Shown here: positions 45,541-54,412 of the stretch, in pieces
Position numbering within the stretch: position 1 is the first letter of the stretch
How the letters are laid out: each line of letters opens with the position of its first letter
IMG/VR virus record: IMGVR_UViG_3300003319_000181
Direction: 5' to 3' (one strand)
Source: an uncultured virus (IMG/VR IMGVR_UViG_3300003319_000181)
Taxonomy: Duplodnaviria > Heunggongvirae > Uroviricota > Caudoviricetes
Length of the DNA stretch: 64,000 nt
Made by a program: the position numbers and the translations under genes
The notes under the pieces: model-generated
Seen by the model: the letters and a program-made list of their open reading frames with translations, nothing else
The model's database searches: none
What the model was told of the DNA's origin: nothing

Positions 45541-45607
45541 TTGCGGCGGCGGCGAAATCTTCGGGGTGCTTTTGGGTTATGAAGACCTCTTAGAACCGCC
45601 GCCGCAA
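45541..45607. terminator. 12-bp GC stem closing the cassette
   Basis: TTGCGGCGGCGG (45541) and CCGCCGCCGCAA (ends 45607) form a perfect inverted repeat between convergent genes. Confidence 0.6.
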
Positions 45608-45613
45608 ACTTGT

Positions 45614-47395
45614 TCACTGCCGATTTCTTATGCGCTGGATAACTTGCAAAACGTTTGAAGGAGTAGCGCCCGTTACTGTTCCGCCCTGACTTGAACCGCC
45701 CCTCCTCATCTGCGGCGGCTGTCTCCGTCCATAGCCGGGATGGTTGGGCCTACCTGAAGTGAGGGCGTACGAACCATCAGGATTACGTTTGACGAGTTGC
45801 CCGTACTGCTCATTCAGGGCGGCCTCGTAAGATACAAGGTCAGTCTCCTGAGTACGGTTTTGTGCGATTAAGGCATCATAGCGTTCGTCTTCTCTGGCAA
45901 GCCTGTCCTGAAGCTTGGCGAGACGTTTTTCATCCGCGTCTCCCTTATCCTCTTTCTTCTCTAATGCCGCTATCTCCGCTTGGAGTCCGGCACGCGACTT
46001 CTCAAGCGCCCGCGCCTGCGTGCCGCTCTCAAACAGGGCCGCCCGTTTGGTGCGGTGCTCGCCTATCGCCTTCTGAGCGTCCTGCCATACGGCTAAATCG
46101 TTCTGGTACTTCCTGTCCGTAGCCTCCTTAGAGTCTTCAAAGGTCTGATTGCCGTACTGGTTGTTAGCCGTGATGTTGGCTCCCTCCACACTGCGGTCAG
46201 CCCCATAGGCCGCGCTCGCCCTCATCCGTCCATAGCCCGGCACGCTCACAAAGTCCTCGCTCGGCTCAGCCTCAAAGGGAAGCGTCACCACGTCCTGCGG
46301 GTCTTTCGTGTTGACCGCATACATTTTTCCGTCACGGCCCTTCTGCACGGAATAATTGGCGGCGGTGCCCTTCAGACCCGCTACCTTGACGGGAGCCTTC
46401 GTCGGGTCGTTCATGTCTACGGCAACTACCCCGTCGGCAGTGTCCCTCAGTTGGTAGTTAGGCTTCACTCTCGGGTTTCTCAGCGCATCAGTCTCGGCCT
46501 GTGTGTGCTCAAGAGTCGCTTGTCCCATCTGCCGTTTCAGGGCGGCGTCGGCCATCTCATTCATCCGCCCAAGACGCCCATAGGTGCGCGCAATCTCTTC
46601 ATCCCGTCGTTCGCGCTCGTCAAGATTAGGCGTCACGACCCCATGTATCCCCTCCCCGATGGCACCTCCCAGTGCGCCGCCTAAACCACCCGCCGCCAGA
46701 CCCCGTAGCGCTCCGCGAAGCGCCGCGAGTCCCGCCGACTTCCAGCGCCCGTTGCTATCCTCCGGGTTGCGATAATTCTCCAACTCGCTTGCATAGCGGG
46801 AGAGGTCGGCGCGGGTGTCACCCGTCTTTTGAAGAATGGGACTCCGACGCTGTCCACGGCCCAACTCCGACCCCAACGGACTCAACTCGACCTCTTCGCC
46901 GTGGCTGGGCAGGTAGCGAGAGAGAAACTCGGAGTTCCCCGCCGGAGCACGACGACCGAGGTCGATCATGTAGGGGAGCCGTGGGGCCGGGGTGGACGGA
47001 AACTCGGGCGGGGGCGTCCCTGCTGAAAAGAGTTGCGGGCGCACTTCCGATGGCCCCGTTGCCGAGGTCTCGGAAGGCAGTGTTGGGTGATACGGGTTGG
47101 TCTGCTCCGGCACGGGCCGGTCGGGAGATTGAACTTGCTTGAGTAAGTCTCCGAACTTCTCAAAACCACCCGGATAAACTCGGCGCTCACGCGTGGCGGG
47201 CTCGTTTGTGTCAAGCGCAAGGCCATCCTCTTCCGCAGGGGAGCGCAGGAAGCGCAGTATCTGGCCACCCCGGTTGCCGACGTTCAGCGCGGGCGTGCCG
47301 TCGGGGAGTCTTTCGTCCATCGGCGCACGCGACGGTTGGCGAGAGTCATCCCCCTGGGGTAAAAGAAGCCTTCTTAGTTGAGAGCCGAATTGCAT
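45614..47395 (-). CDS. Putative internal virion/ejection protein
   Basis: Pro-rich N-terminus, glycine-zipper GLAAGGLGGALGGAIG, coiled-coil C-terminus. Confidence 0.6.
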   Translation of the reverse strand: MQFGSQLRRLLLPQGDDSRQPSRAPMDERLPDGTPALNVGNRGGQILRFLRSPAEEDGLALDTNEPATRERRVYPGGFEKFGDLLKQVQSPDRPVPEQTNPYHPTLPSETSATGPSEVRPQLFSAGTPPPEFPSTPAPRLPYMIDLGRRAPAGNSEFLSRYLPSHGEEVELSPLGSELGRGQRRSPILQKTGDTRADLSRYASELENYRNPEDSNGRWKSAGLAALRGALRGLAAGGLGGALGGAIGEGIHGVVTPNLDERERRDEEIARTYGRLGRMNEMADAALKRQMGQATLEHTQAETDALRNPRVKPNYQLRDTADGVVAVDMNDPTKAPVKVAGLKGTAANYSVQKGRDGKMYAVNTKDPQDVVTLPFEAEPSEDFVSVPGYGRMRASAAYGADRSVEGANITANNQYGNQTFEDSKEATDRKYQNDLAVWQDAQKAIGEHRTKRAALFESGTQARALEKSRAGLQAEIAALEKKEDKGDADEKRLAKLQDRLAREDERYDALIAQNRTQETDLVSYEAALNEQYGQLVKRNPDGSYALTSGRPNHPGYGRRQPPQMRRGGSSQGGTVTGATPSNVLQVIQRIRNRQ

Positions 47396-47403
47396 GACTC
47401 ACC

Positions 47404-47853
47404 TCACGCGGCAACGGAGTCTCTATAGCCATCCTGCGCCGACTCCACCTGCGCCCAGAGGACAAGTTCATGTGTGACGTTGCGCACCAGCGCATCAAGG
47501 TCGATGAAGTCGTAATCGGGCTTAAGAGTGTCGTAGCGCGACACAAAAGCATGGCCGCCTTCGCTTACCGCTCCCGAAAGGCGCGGCTCATTCCACGCGG
47601 CGATGAGTGGGCAACTCTTAATCAGGACTCCCACGCGCTCACGGAGTTCCTGCGATGACATGGGCGCGAAATCTTCATACGGCCACTCATGCATGAACTG
47701 CTCAATAGCCTCTCCTAATCTGTCGGGAGCAACGTAGGGCGACTGATGGACAGCCCAATGCGCCAGCGCGCCCTTGAGCGCTTTGTGACCGACGTAGAGT
47801 TTGTCCATGTGCCAGAGGTCTGGCATGGTCGGTATGTTCAACGTGCCTGTCAT
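47404..47853 (-). CDS. Hypothetical protein
   Basis: GAGGAG RBS; FIDLDALVRNV motif. Confidence 0.6.
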   Translation of the reverse strand: MTGTLNIPTMPDLWHMDKLYVGHKALKGALAHWAVHQSPYVAPDRLGEAIEQFMHEWPYEDFAPMSSQELRERVGVLIKSCPLIAAWNEPRLSGAVSEGGHAFVSRYDTLKPDYDFIDLDALVRNVTHELVLWAQVESAQDGYRDSVAA

Positions 47854-47863
47854 ATTTCTCCTC

Positions 47864-48166
47864 TCATCCCGTCTTATCCACCTTCCCCTCGACCCGCATA
47901 ATGTCGCGCGTCAACCTCAACTCTACTTCCGCGACATGAGCATGCATTTCAGAGCGGAAGGTGTGACGCTTAGTCGTACCGTCATCCTTTACTGCGTCGA
48001 TCTTCACGCCCAGCTTCTCAAACCTCTCATCATCCTGTCGGTCGTGCTCGGCCACGTCCCGCCGCAACCCCTCAATCCGTTTATCCAACTGGTTCACGAA
48101 ATAACCGACCACCGCCAACGCGACAGTAAAGAGCAAGCCCACACCCCATTTAATCCACTCCTCCAA
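47864..48166 (-). CDS. Single-TM coiled-coil protein (lysis-cassette-like)
   Basis: N-terminal TM followed by a charged helix ending RVEGKVD. Confidence 0.6.
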   Translation of the reverse strand: MEEWIKWGVGLLFTVALAVVGYFVNQLDKRIEGLRRDVAEHDRQDDERFEKLGVKIDAVKDDGTTKRHTFRSEMHAHVAEVELRLTRDIMRVEGKVDKTG

Positions 48167-48167
48167 G

Positions 48168-48476
48168 TCAACCCCCGCCCGGCAATTTCTTCAACTCCTC
48201 TTCCAGCCCCCTGCGTTCGGCCTTCTCTGCCCGGGCCTTCCAGTAGTCGCGGTCATCCTTCAACTGCTGCGCCAACTCCTTCAGCCCTGAGACGGCCGCG
48301 CTCTCGGCCTCACGGCGAATACGCGCCCGTATCTCCCGGGTCTGCCACGCGATGAGGCGTCTATCGACCGGAGCCTTCCTGAGCTCCAGCCGATAGCGCA
48401 GGTAGCCGAGCAGCCCGCCCGCCGCGACGAAGGCGATGAGGTAGCCGAGGAGCGTGAGATTTGTTGGCTCATGCAT
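48168..48476 (-). CDS. Single-TM coiled-coil protein
   Basis: LLGYLIAFVAAGGLLGYL TM, then charged helix. Confidence 0.6.
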   Translation of the reverse strand: MHEPTNLTLLGYLIAFVAAGGLLGYLRYRLELRKAPVDRRLIAWQTREIRARIRREAESAAVSGLKELAQQLKDDRDYWKARAEKAERRGLEEELKKLPGGG

Positions 48477-48477
48477 C

Positions 48478-48984
48478 TCATGCGCGGGGTTCCGTGCCCG
48501 TGAGGATGGCTCTCAACTCCTCCAACTCTCGCGCAGGGACGAGGACGTATCTGGCCTGACTCTTCACCGCTTCGGTCGCGGAGAAGTCGAAAGCCTTGAA
48601 GGGGTCGAAGTCTCCCGCCGCCTTCACGCGTTCAACCGAGTAGGCGCGACCGACGATGACCGGGCAGATGGTCGCCGCCTTCCCTGCCCTGTATGCAATC
48701 CGGCAGAGGTCTTCCGCCTGTCCGCGCTCAACGTAAGCCCCGCCGTCTTCCAGCGCGTTCGGGTTGGTGATGGGGTGCGGAGAGGGTCTGCCCCTTAACC
48801 TCGCTTCGAGTCGGGCTGTGACGTTCGCAAGCCTCACGGCGCAGCGCATGAGCCAGTAGCCCATCCCCTTCTCGCGCATCCAGACCTGCCAGAGCGTGCC
48901 CTGCTCTCCGTCGTAAGGGGGGAGGTAGGCCCACTCGGCGGGAGCCGTCTGCGGGGCGCTGATAACTTGAGCGGTCGCGGCCAT
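48478..48984 (-). CDS. Hypothetical protein
   Basis: ATG at 48984 abuts the upstream stop. Confidence 0.55.
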   Translation of the reverse strand: MAATAQVISAPQTAPAEWAYLPPYDGEQGTLWQVWMREKGMGYWLMRCAVRLANVTARLEARLRGRPSPHPITNPNALEDGGAYVERGQAEDLCRIAYRAGKAATICPVIVGRAYSVERVKAAGDFDPFKAFDFSATEAVKSQARYVLVPARELEELRAILTGTEPRA

Positions 48985-49347
48985 ACTATTCCGGGTCGTG
49001 GGTTGCGCCCGCCTGCCCGACCGTCTCGCGGCCCAACTGCCGCACCTTTGAGGCAGCACCCTCGGCTGCCGCCTGCGCGACCGATTCACTCTCTTCATGG
49101 GACAGAGGGTCGCCTATAAAATCGACCGAGTAGTCACCACTCGTACTAATCATCGGGGGAACTCCTTTCAAGACACACATCCACAGCAGAGCCAACAGAG
49201 CCAGCCGTGCCGTGACGGACATGTGTGATTTGGTTTAGTATTCGCATCGCTCTCGGCCTCTTCCGTAGGCTGAGATAGGCGGCTTCGGCCGCTGAAGGGT
49301 CGGGCAAGTTAGTTTCGACGCTGGCTTGTCCGACCCGCTCCCGCTCT

Positions 49348-49587
49348 CTACTGTTTCTCCGCTTCAAGTTGCCTGATTGCCTCGTCGAAGCCCTCACGCG
49401 CCGCCTTCAATGCTCTGAGTGCCGCCCGGTCGTCGGTGTTCGCGAGCGCGAGCGTGACGACCGGCCCGACGTTGACGAGTGCTCGACCGATAGCGTCGTC
49501 AGCACCGGTGTTGTTGCTGTCTCGCTTCTGCAAGCGTTGGCCGAGCAGTAAGAGTCCTGCCGGCAAAAAGGGAATGATAAACTCCAT
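49348..49587 (-). CDS. Hypothetical protein
   Basis: D.NNTGADD motif; TGATG overlap. Confidence 0.6.
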   Translation of the reverse strand: MEFIIPFLPAGLLLLGQRLQKRDSNNTGADDAIGRALVNVGPVVTLALANTDDRAALRALKAAREGFDEAIRQLEAEKQ

Positions 49588-49808
49588 CAGTTGATTTCCT
49601 TTCTCTCTACGACATCACCCGTCACGGTCTGCCCGTGCGGAGACTGTTTGAGGAGGCCGCCCAAGACGCCGAGGATGACGAGCAGCGCTCCTTCAATAAA
49701 TTTCGTGTCGTGCCCCGTGAAGGCGAGCACCATGTAGCAGGTGAGGAAGAGGACGACGCCGATGCCGGCGAGGAACTTGTCTTTAATGGCTCCGGTCTGT
49801 GACTCCAT
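49587..49808 (-). CDS. Holin-like two-TM protein
   Basis: Two hydrophobic helices and a charged C-terminus. Confidence 0.55.
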   Translation of the reverse strand: MESQTGAIKDKFLAGIGVVLFLTCYMVLAFTGHDTKFIEGALLVILGVLGGLLKQSPHGQTVTGDVVERKEIN

Positions 49809-49856
49809 AATGCAAATGCCCGGCCGCCTCTTCCGCACCGCCCGAGGTATCGAGCG

Positions 49857-49914
49857 GGAAAAGAAAAGCGCCCGCGAATCGCTCGGATGTTCCGAACAAC
49901 TCAGCGGGCGCTTA
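49857..49914 (-). terminator. Intrinsic terminator-like stem at the early/late boundary
   Basis: AAGCGCCCGC...GCGGGCGCTT stem followed by TTCTTTT on the minus strand. Confidence 0.6.
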
Positions 49915-49927
49915 ACCTTGCGGTGGC

Positions 49928-50182
49928 TTAGCTCGCGTGTCGAATTTTCAAGCTCTCAAGTTTCTTGTTCAGCCGATCCAGTCGGCGGTTAAACTCGCGG
50001 CGCGTCTCATGTATCTCACGAAGTAAAGCCTGCGCGTCCGCCGGGATTGTATCATGTTCCTCCGCATCAGTCTCACTCTTTTTCTCGGCTTTCACTTCTC
50101 TTTTGCACTCTTGGCACACCACTTTCCCCACGCCCGAGGTGCGCGGCTTGGGGTTGGAGCAGTGGCAGAGGGTGGCGCTCAT
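49928..50182 (-). CDS. Small Zn-finger/coiled-coil protein
   Basis: CHC..CQEC followed by a coiled coil; ATGA overlap. Confidence 0.55.
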   Translation of the reverse strand: MSATLCHCSNPKPRTSGVGKVVCQECKREVKAEKKSETDAEEHDTIPADAQALLREIHETRREFNRRLDRLNKKLESLKIRHAS

Positions 50183-50439
50183 CCGCAGTCGTCATCCCCC
50201 TTCTCAATATCGCACCCGTGCTTTGCCGCGCGGCGCTTCCAACTCTCTGCCTGCGCTTTCCAGTATGCAACCACCTCCTCGGGCGTAGCGGGGCGCGTCA
50301 GCGACTGAGCCCAGTGAAAGGCACTGCCCGTCTCGTCAACCAACTTGGCGCTCGGCTCGTTAAGCATGGAGAGCACCTCGCAAAGTTTGCCCTCGTTACC
50401 CTGCCCGTCTTTCTGCCTGACGATGTCGCCTAAGTTCAC
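50179..50439 (-). CDS. Hypothetical protein
   Basis: AGGAG RBS with GTG start. Confidence 0.55.
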   Translation of the reverse strand: MNLGDIVRQKDGQGNEGKLCEVLSMLNEPSAKLVDETGSAFHWAQSLTRPATPEEVVAYWKAQAESWKRRAAKHGCDIEKGDDDCG

Positions 50440-50852
50440 GATTGTTTCTCCTTCTCTTCCTTCTTCCGACCCTGCTCCCTCTTCTTCTTATCCAACAACT
50501 TAGCTAACGCTTCAGATGAGCGGTAGTGAGGAACTTGTCCCCGGCCGTAAGTAACTTTGGGTTTCTTCTTAGGCATCTTGTCCTTCCGCGCTAACACGTC
50601 TCACACACACAGCTATACTCTTCGCCGCCACCTATTGAGACCTTTGTATGGTCATGGTCGCCGTCTACCCCTTTGACTTCACGGCCACAGTAGTAACAGC
50701 CGTCGATGCAGGGCTGGCCGGGATGGGGGCAATACTCACGTCCCCGCCAGCGGCCTTTAGTGCCTTCGTTCTCTTCGATCATGCCTTATACACTCCCCGA
50801 TGCAATACCCGAAATGGTGTGCGAATTATTTCCGTCAGCCGGAAGAAATAGC

Positions 50853-50881
50853 TTGACATTGCTTCCGAGTCGCGGTAATAT
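50853..50881 (+). promoter_or_regulatory. Near-consensus sigma70 promoter
   Basis: TTGACA-17bp-TAATAT. Confidence 0.8.
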
Positions 50882-50928
50882 CTCAATCGTGCTAAGGCAC
50901 AGAGATTGAGACGAAGGAGACAGGAAAC

Positions 50929-51162
50929 ATGATTCGCAACACCAACGAAAAAAGCTACGTGAAGGGCGACAACGGCCAGTATTACGTGCAGGTGAAGGAC
51001 AGCAGCAGCCGTTGGGGTTTCTACCTCGCGCAAGCCGAGGGCGAAGATAGCCAGTCGTGGGACGGCGGCTTCGGTTCGGGCGCGTCGGAGTGGGAAGTCG
51101 TCCCGGTCAGCAAAGTGCCGCGCAGCGTGCGCCGCGAAATGGATTGGCTGTTTCAAGACTAA
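50929..51162 (+). CDS. Hypothetical protein
   Basis: RBS; first gene after the strong promoter. Confidence 0.7.
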   Translation: MIRNTNEKSYVKGDNGQYYVQVKDSSSRWGFYLAQAEGEDSQSWDGGFGSGASEWEVVPVSKVPRSVRREMDWLFQD

Positions 51163-51172
51163 GGAGGCAGCC

Positions 51173-51382
51173 ATGACCGTTTGGACAACCAAGAAGGTCG
51201 GAGACGCACTAGGCGTCTCCGACCGCCAGGTTAGAAACATCGCCGCCGCGCTCGGAATCACGCCCGCCGGGGAGAAATTCGGCAACACTCCCACGTTCAC
51301 GGACGAGCAATACCGAGAAATCAAGAAATACCACGCGAGCAATAACAGGCCCGGCCCGAAGGCGAAGAAAGGTAAGAAGTAG
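51173..51382 (+). CDS. MerR/excisionase-like HTH protein
   Basis: WTTKKVGDALGVSDRQVRNIA..FTDEQ; AAGGAGG RBS. Confidence 0.75.
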   Translation: MTVWTTKKVGDALGVSDRQVRNIAAALGITPAGEKFGNTPTFTDEQYREIKKYHASNNRPGPKAKKGKK

Positions 51383-51789
51383 TGGGCTTGAGACCTTACG
51401 GCGGCGGACACTCTCAACACGTGGCCCGCAGAAGGAGGAATAATGGTCAACGACACCCGAACCTGCCGCGAGTGCGGCGGCAAGATGGTCTTCCAAAAAA
51501 CACGTCCCGCGGGCCCCTTTGTCGCGGGCGACGCCACCTCGCACGTCGATCTATACGAGTGCGAGGAGTGCGGGGCGGAGGATTGGGAGTAGGTCACTCG
51601 CCCTCACCTCCCGCCACCCCGAACACAATCGCCCACGCGGTAGCCGCCACCCTCTGCCCGCGCGTCGTCTTGGGATACTTTTCCGCCAACCGCTGCTCGT
51701 ACTCGGCGGGCGTGCAGACGGGGAGTTTGACGCCCGCCTTCCTCGCCAGCGCTTTGACGGCGCGCGGCGTTAGCGCCGGCTCTCTCTCT

Positions 51790-52095
51790 TCAGACATGGG
51801 AGTCCTCCGCCCTCGCCTTCTCAAGTTTCTCTCGCAACGTCAGTCCATCAAGACCGGTCGCGCAGACGCAGGCGTGATACTCGACGCGCGTGTGCGGGTT
51901 CGCGCCGAAGCATTGCCGGAAGATAGCGCCCTCAACCCGCTCGCCACACTTGAACGTGTCGTGAGGCCGATGGCCGCAACCGGGGCACTTACCCGCCGCT
52001 CGCCACTCCTCAGACTGTAGGCGCTCGCGCTCAAGACGGCGCGTCCGCTCGTCGTCACTTTCCTCAAAAGAGAACACAACTCTTTTCGGCATCAC
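51790..52095 (-). CDS. Cys-rich hypothetical protein
   Basis: CPGCGHRPH..C..C..CVC. Confidence 0.55.
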   Translation of the reverse strand: MMPKRVVFSFEESDDERTRRLERERLQSEEWRAAGKCPGCGHRPHDTFKCGERVEGAIFRQCFGANPHTRVEYHACVCATGLDGLTLREKLEKARAEDSHV

Positions 52096-52111
52096 TCACC
52101 TCTCGAAAACG

Positions 52112-53512
52112 TCACGCCGCAACCTCCGACCTGCTACACCCTTCCATTGATTCGATCATCCTCCGCGCGAGTAGCGAAGGAACGGCGTTGCCCACTACCA
52201 GACAAGCCAGCCCGTTCTTTGCGGGTAAGACGTACCAGTCGGGGATAGACTGAAAACGTGCTAAGGCGCGGGGAGTCATGCTGACGACGCGCCCTTGCGA
52301 GAGCCATGCGCGGGGCTTCGCGGCCTTACTGTGCATCGTTGCCAGCACGCAGGCGGATGGCTCCGACGCTTCGCGTACGTCTAGCGTGGACGTGCGCTGC
52401 GCGAGAAAGGCACGTGTACTTCCCGCCGTGTTCGTCTGCGTCCAGATAGGTTCGTCGTCAGTCCTGACGACGAACCTCGGGTTATCGGCCGAGGGGTGGG
52501 CCACGAAGGCGCGGAAGGGGTGACGGGTCTGCGTCGCGGTGAGTGTCCCGACGGGACACTCACCCTCAAAGATTTTCAGTTCGCCCCCTTCGGAGTTGGA
52601 GGGCTTACCGTCAACGATGAAGGCGCGAGACTTGCTCGCCAGTCGGGTAGTCAGCGTGAAGATAGGGGCGTCAGAGTGCCGCACTCTGACGCCATCGTTG
52701 AAGCCGTCCCGCTGGTCGTCCATGATGAATGCGCGCGGCATGTGCGAAGCCTTTCCATCTGTGACAACTGAGACGGCGGGCTCCACATCGGTACGGTGAA
52801 GTTTTCCGAACTCCTGCCCTGTATTCTTACTGTCAATCAATATGCCGCGGGCGATGCTGTCTGGCAGTCTCTTCAACTGCCACTCTGCAAAGCGCGACTC
52901 TGGCAAATCAGGTATCAAGTCCTCTATTGCCCTGTACCAGCCGCTCCACTTGAGCAGAGGCGCGGAGAAAAGGTCGGTCTGCGCGGAAGGGTTGCGCGCG
53001 TGCGTCGGCTGCAGCCTGCGTGGCTTATGAGCCTTCGACGCTAAGAGGATGAGACGCTTGCGCGTTTGTGGGACTCCATAATCAGCCGCGTTAAGATGCC
53101 AGTAGTCGAAAGCATAACCGGACTCTTCCAGCGCGCGGAGGATGACCTTGAACGAATCGAACTTACGATAGCCCCAGACGTTTTCAAGGGAGACTCGCGG
53201 CGACTGAAATTGCCGTATGGCCCGTGCGAACCCCTCGGCCATCGAAACGTCTTCCACCTCCTCTTTGCCATCCTTCTTAGCCGCGGAGGCGTTTTTGCAA
53301 ACAGTAGAGCCGTGGAGCCAATAGGGAGATTGTAGCTGTGAGTAATCAACGTCTTCAGCACGCGCGAGGACGACGCCCGCCTTGAAGTTGGCGTCGTGCA
53401 CCCCTGCTACGGCCGGGTCACATTCGACCGTCCACATAGGAGTCAATCCGGCTTCTACCGCTCCTGCTTCGAAGCCTCCCCCTCCCCCGCCGATGGTTGC
53501 TAATGTCTTCAC
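52112..53512 (-). CDS. C5 DNA cytosine methyltransferase
   Basis: Gly-rich motif I, TVC (motif IV variant), LENV, YGVPQTRKR, RFQSIPDWY, VGNAVP; true start GTG near 53512, not 54214. Confidence 0.9.
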   Translation of the reverse strand: MKTLATIGGGGGGFEAGAVEAGLTPMWTVECDPAVAGVHDANFKAGVVLARAEDVDYSQLQSPYWLHGSTVCKNASAAKKDGKEEVEDVSMAEGFARAIRQFQSPRVSLENVWGYRKFDSFKVILRALEESGYAFDYWHLNAADYGVPQTRKRLILLASKAHKPRRLQPTHARNPSAQTDLFSAPLLKWSGWYRAIEDLIPDLPESRFAEWQLKRLPDSIARGILIDSKNTGQEFGKLHRTDVEPAVSVVTDGKASHMPRAFIMDDQRDGFNDGVRVRHSDAPIFTLTTRLASKSRAFIVDGKPSNSEGGELKIFEGECPVGTLTATQTRHPFRAFVAHPSADNPRFVVRTDDEPIWTQTNTAGSTRAFLAQRTSTLDVREASEPSACVLATMHSKAAKPRAWLSQGRVVSMTPRALARFQSIPDWYVLPAKNGLACLVVGNAVPSLLARRMIESMEGCSRSEVAA

Positions 53513-53593
53513 CACATACCTCCAATACCGGCGCGGAGGAAGCGCCCTCCGCAGTAATAATTCAGCGTCCGAAATTATTTTTGAAGAAAGTGC

Positions 53594-53622
53594 TTGACTC
53601 AGTGGGCCACTGAGTGTATAAG
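53594..53622 (+). promoter_or_regulatory. sigma70 promoter with a perfect palindromic operator
   Basis: TTGACT-17bp-TATAAG; ACTCAGTGG-G-CCACTGAGT at 53597-53615. Confidence 0.8.
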
Positions 53623-53671
53623 TATTCGTGTGCTGAGGCACGAGAGACGATTCCCGAAGGAGATTAAGCAA

Positions 53672-53926
53672 ATGGCCCAGACAATTGAAGCAAGATGCAA
53701 AACGGCAGGGACGATTCGGATTGAGGGTGAGCGGACGGCGTGCGGCGATTCTCGCGGCAACTGCGACTGCGGCGCGCACGATCACTACCACGTCGCCAGC
53801 GCAGAGAAACTGCACGAGATAGCGAGCAGGTATTCGTGGGTTGAGCGCCCGCAGGGAAAGACGTTGCGCGGCTCTGCTTACACGCGCCGCATGGCCGGCA
53901 ACGACTTCAACGGCTACGCGCAGTAA
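53672..53926 (+). CDS. Small Cys/His-containing hypothetical protein
   Basis: AAGGAG RBS; follows the promoter. Confidence 0.65.
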   Translation: MAQTIEARCKTAGTIRIEGERTACGDSRGNCDCGAHDHYHVASAEKLHEIASRYSWVERPQGKTLRGSAYTRRMAGNDFNGYAQ

Positions 53927-53933
53927 GACACAG

Positions 53934-53970
53934 AGAGGGGCCTGGTAGGTCGAATCTACCAGGCCCCTCT
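53934..53970 (+). terminator. Long perfect hairpin
   Basis: AGAGGGGCCTGGTAG...CTACCAGGCCCCTCT. Confidence 0.7.
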
Positions 53971-54014
53971 CCGCTCGATTCCCAAAGGGTTCGATTAAGC
54001 GGAGAGAGACTACC

Positions 54015-54218
54015 ATGCCCACGAAACATTGTCGAGAGAAAATCACGCTTACTGAGGCCGAACGGGCGCGGCTCGCTTCCGAGGCCGAGGACGCAGACCT
54101 CTCACTCTCCAACCTGCTCCGCACAAAATTAGGTCTTGAACCTCTCACTCGATACTCAGCCCCCAAAGGTAATAAGTTCGCCCTCAACAATCCCGGCCGC
54201 TCTAAGCAAAACAAGTGA
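54015..54218 (+). CDS. Ribbon-helix-helix (MobC/CopG-like) protein
   Basis: KITLTEAERARLASEAEDADLSLSNLLR. Confidence 0.7.
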   Translation: MPTKHCREKITLTEAERARLASEAEDADLSLSNLLRTKLGLEPLTRYSAPKGNKFALNNPGRSKQNK

Positions 54219-54412
54219 AACCACTGCCTTTCAAGGCGCGGGAGGATTCACTTCTTTCTGATAGAGGAGACGAAGCTGTTAATCCGGCGACGGGAGCGGA
54301 TTCGCGTATTCCCCTCGATACGCTTAAATGTTTGGAACGCGCTAGAGCCTGTGTCATGTCAGGCCGACACCTCCTTTCTGTGTTGGTGATGCGTTACCCC
54401 GCCGCCGGAAAC

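Noticed and set aside
53513..54214. N-terminal 230 aa of the 700-aa methyltransferase ORF
   Set aside because: Antisense shadow of the + strand cassette; motif I and an RBS place the start near 53512
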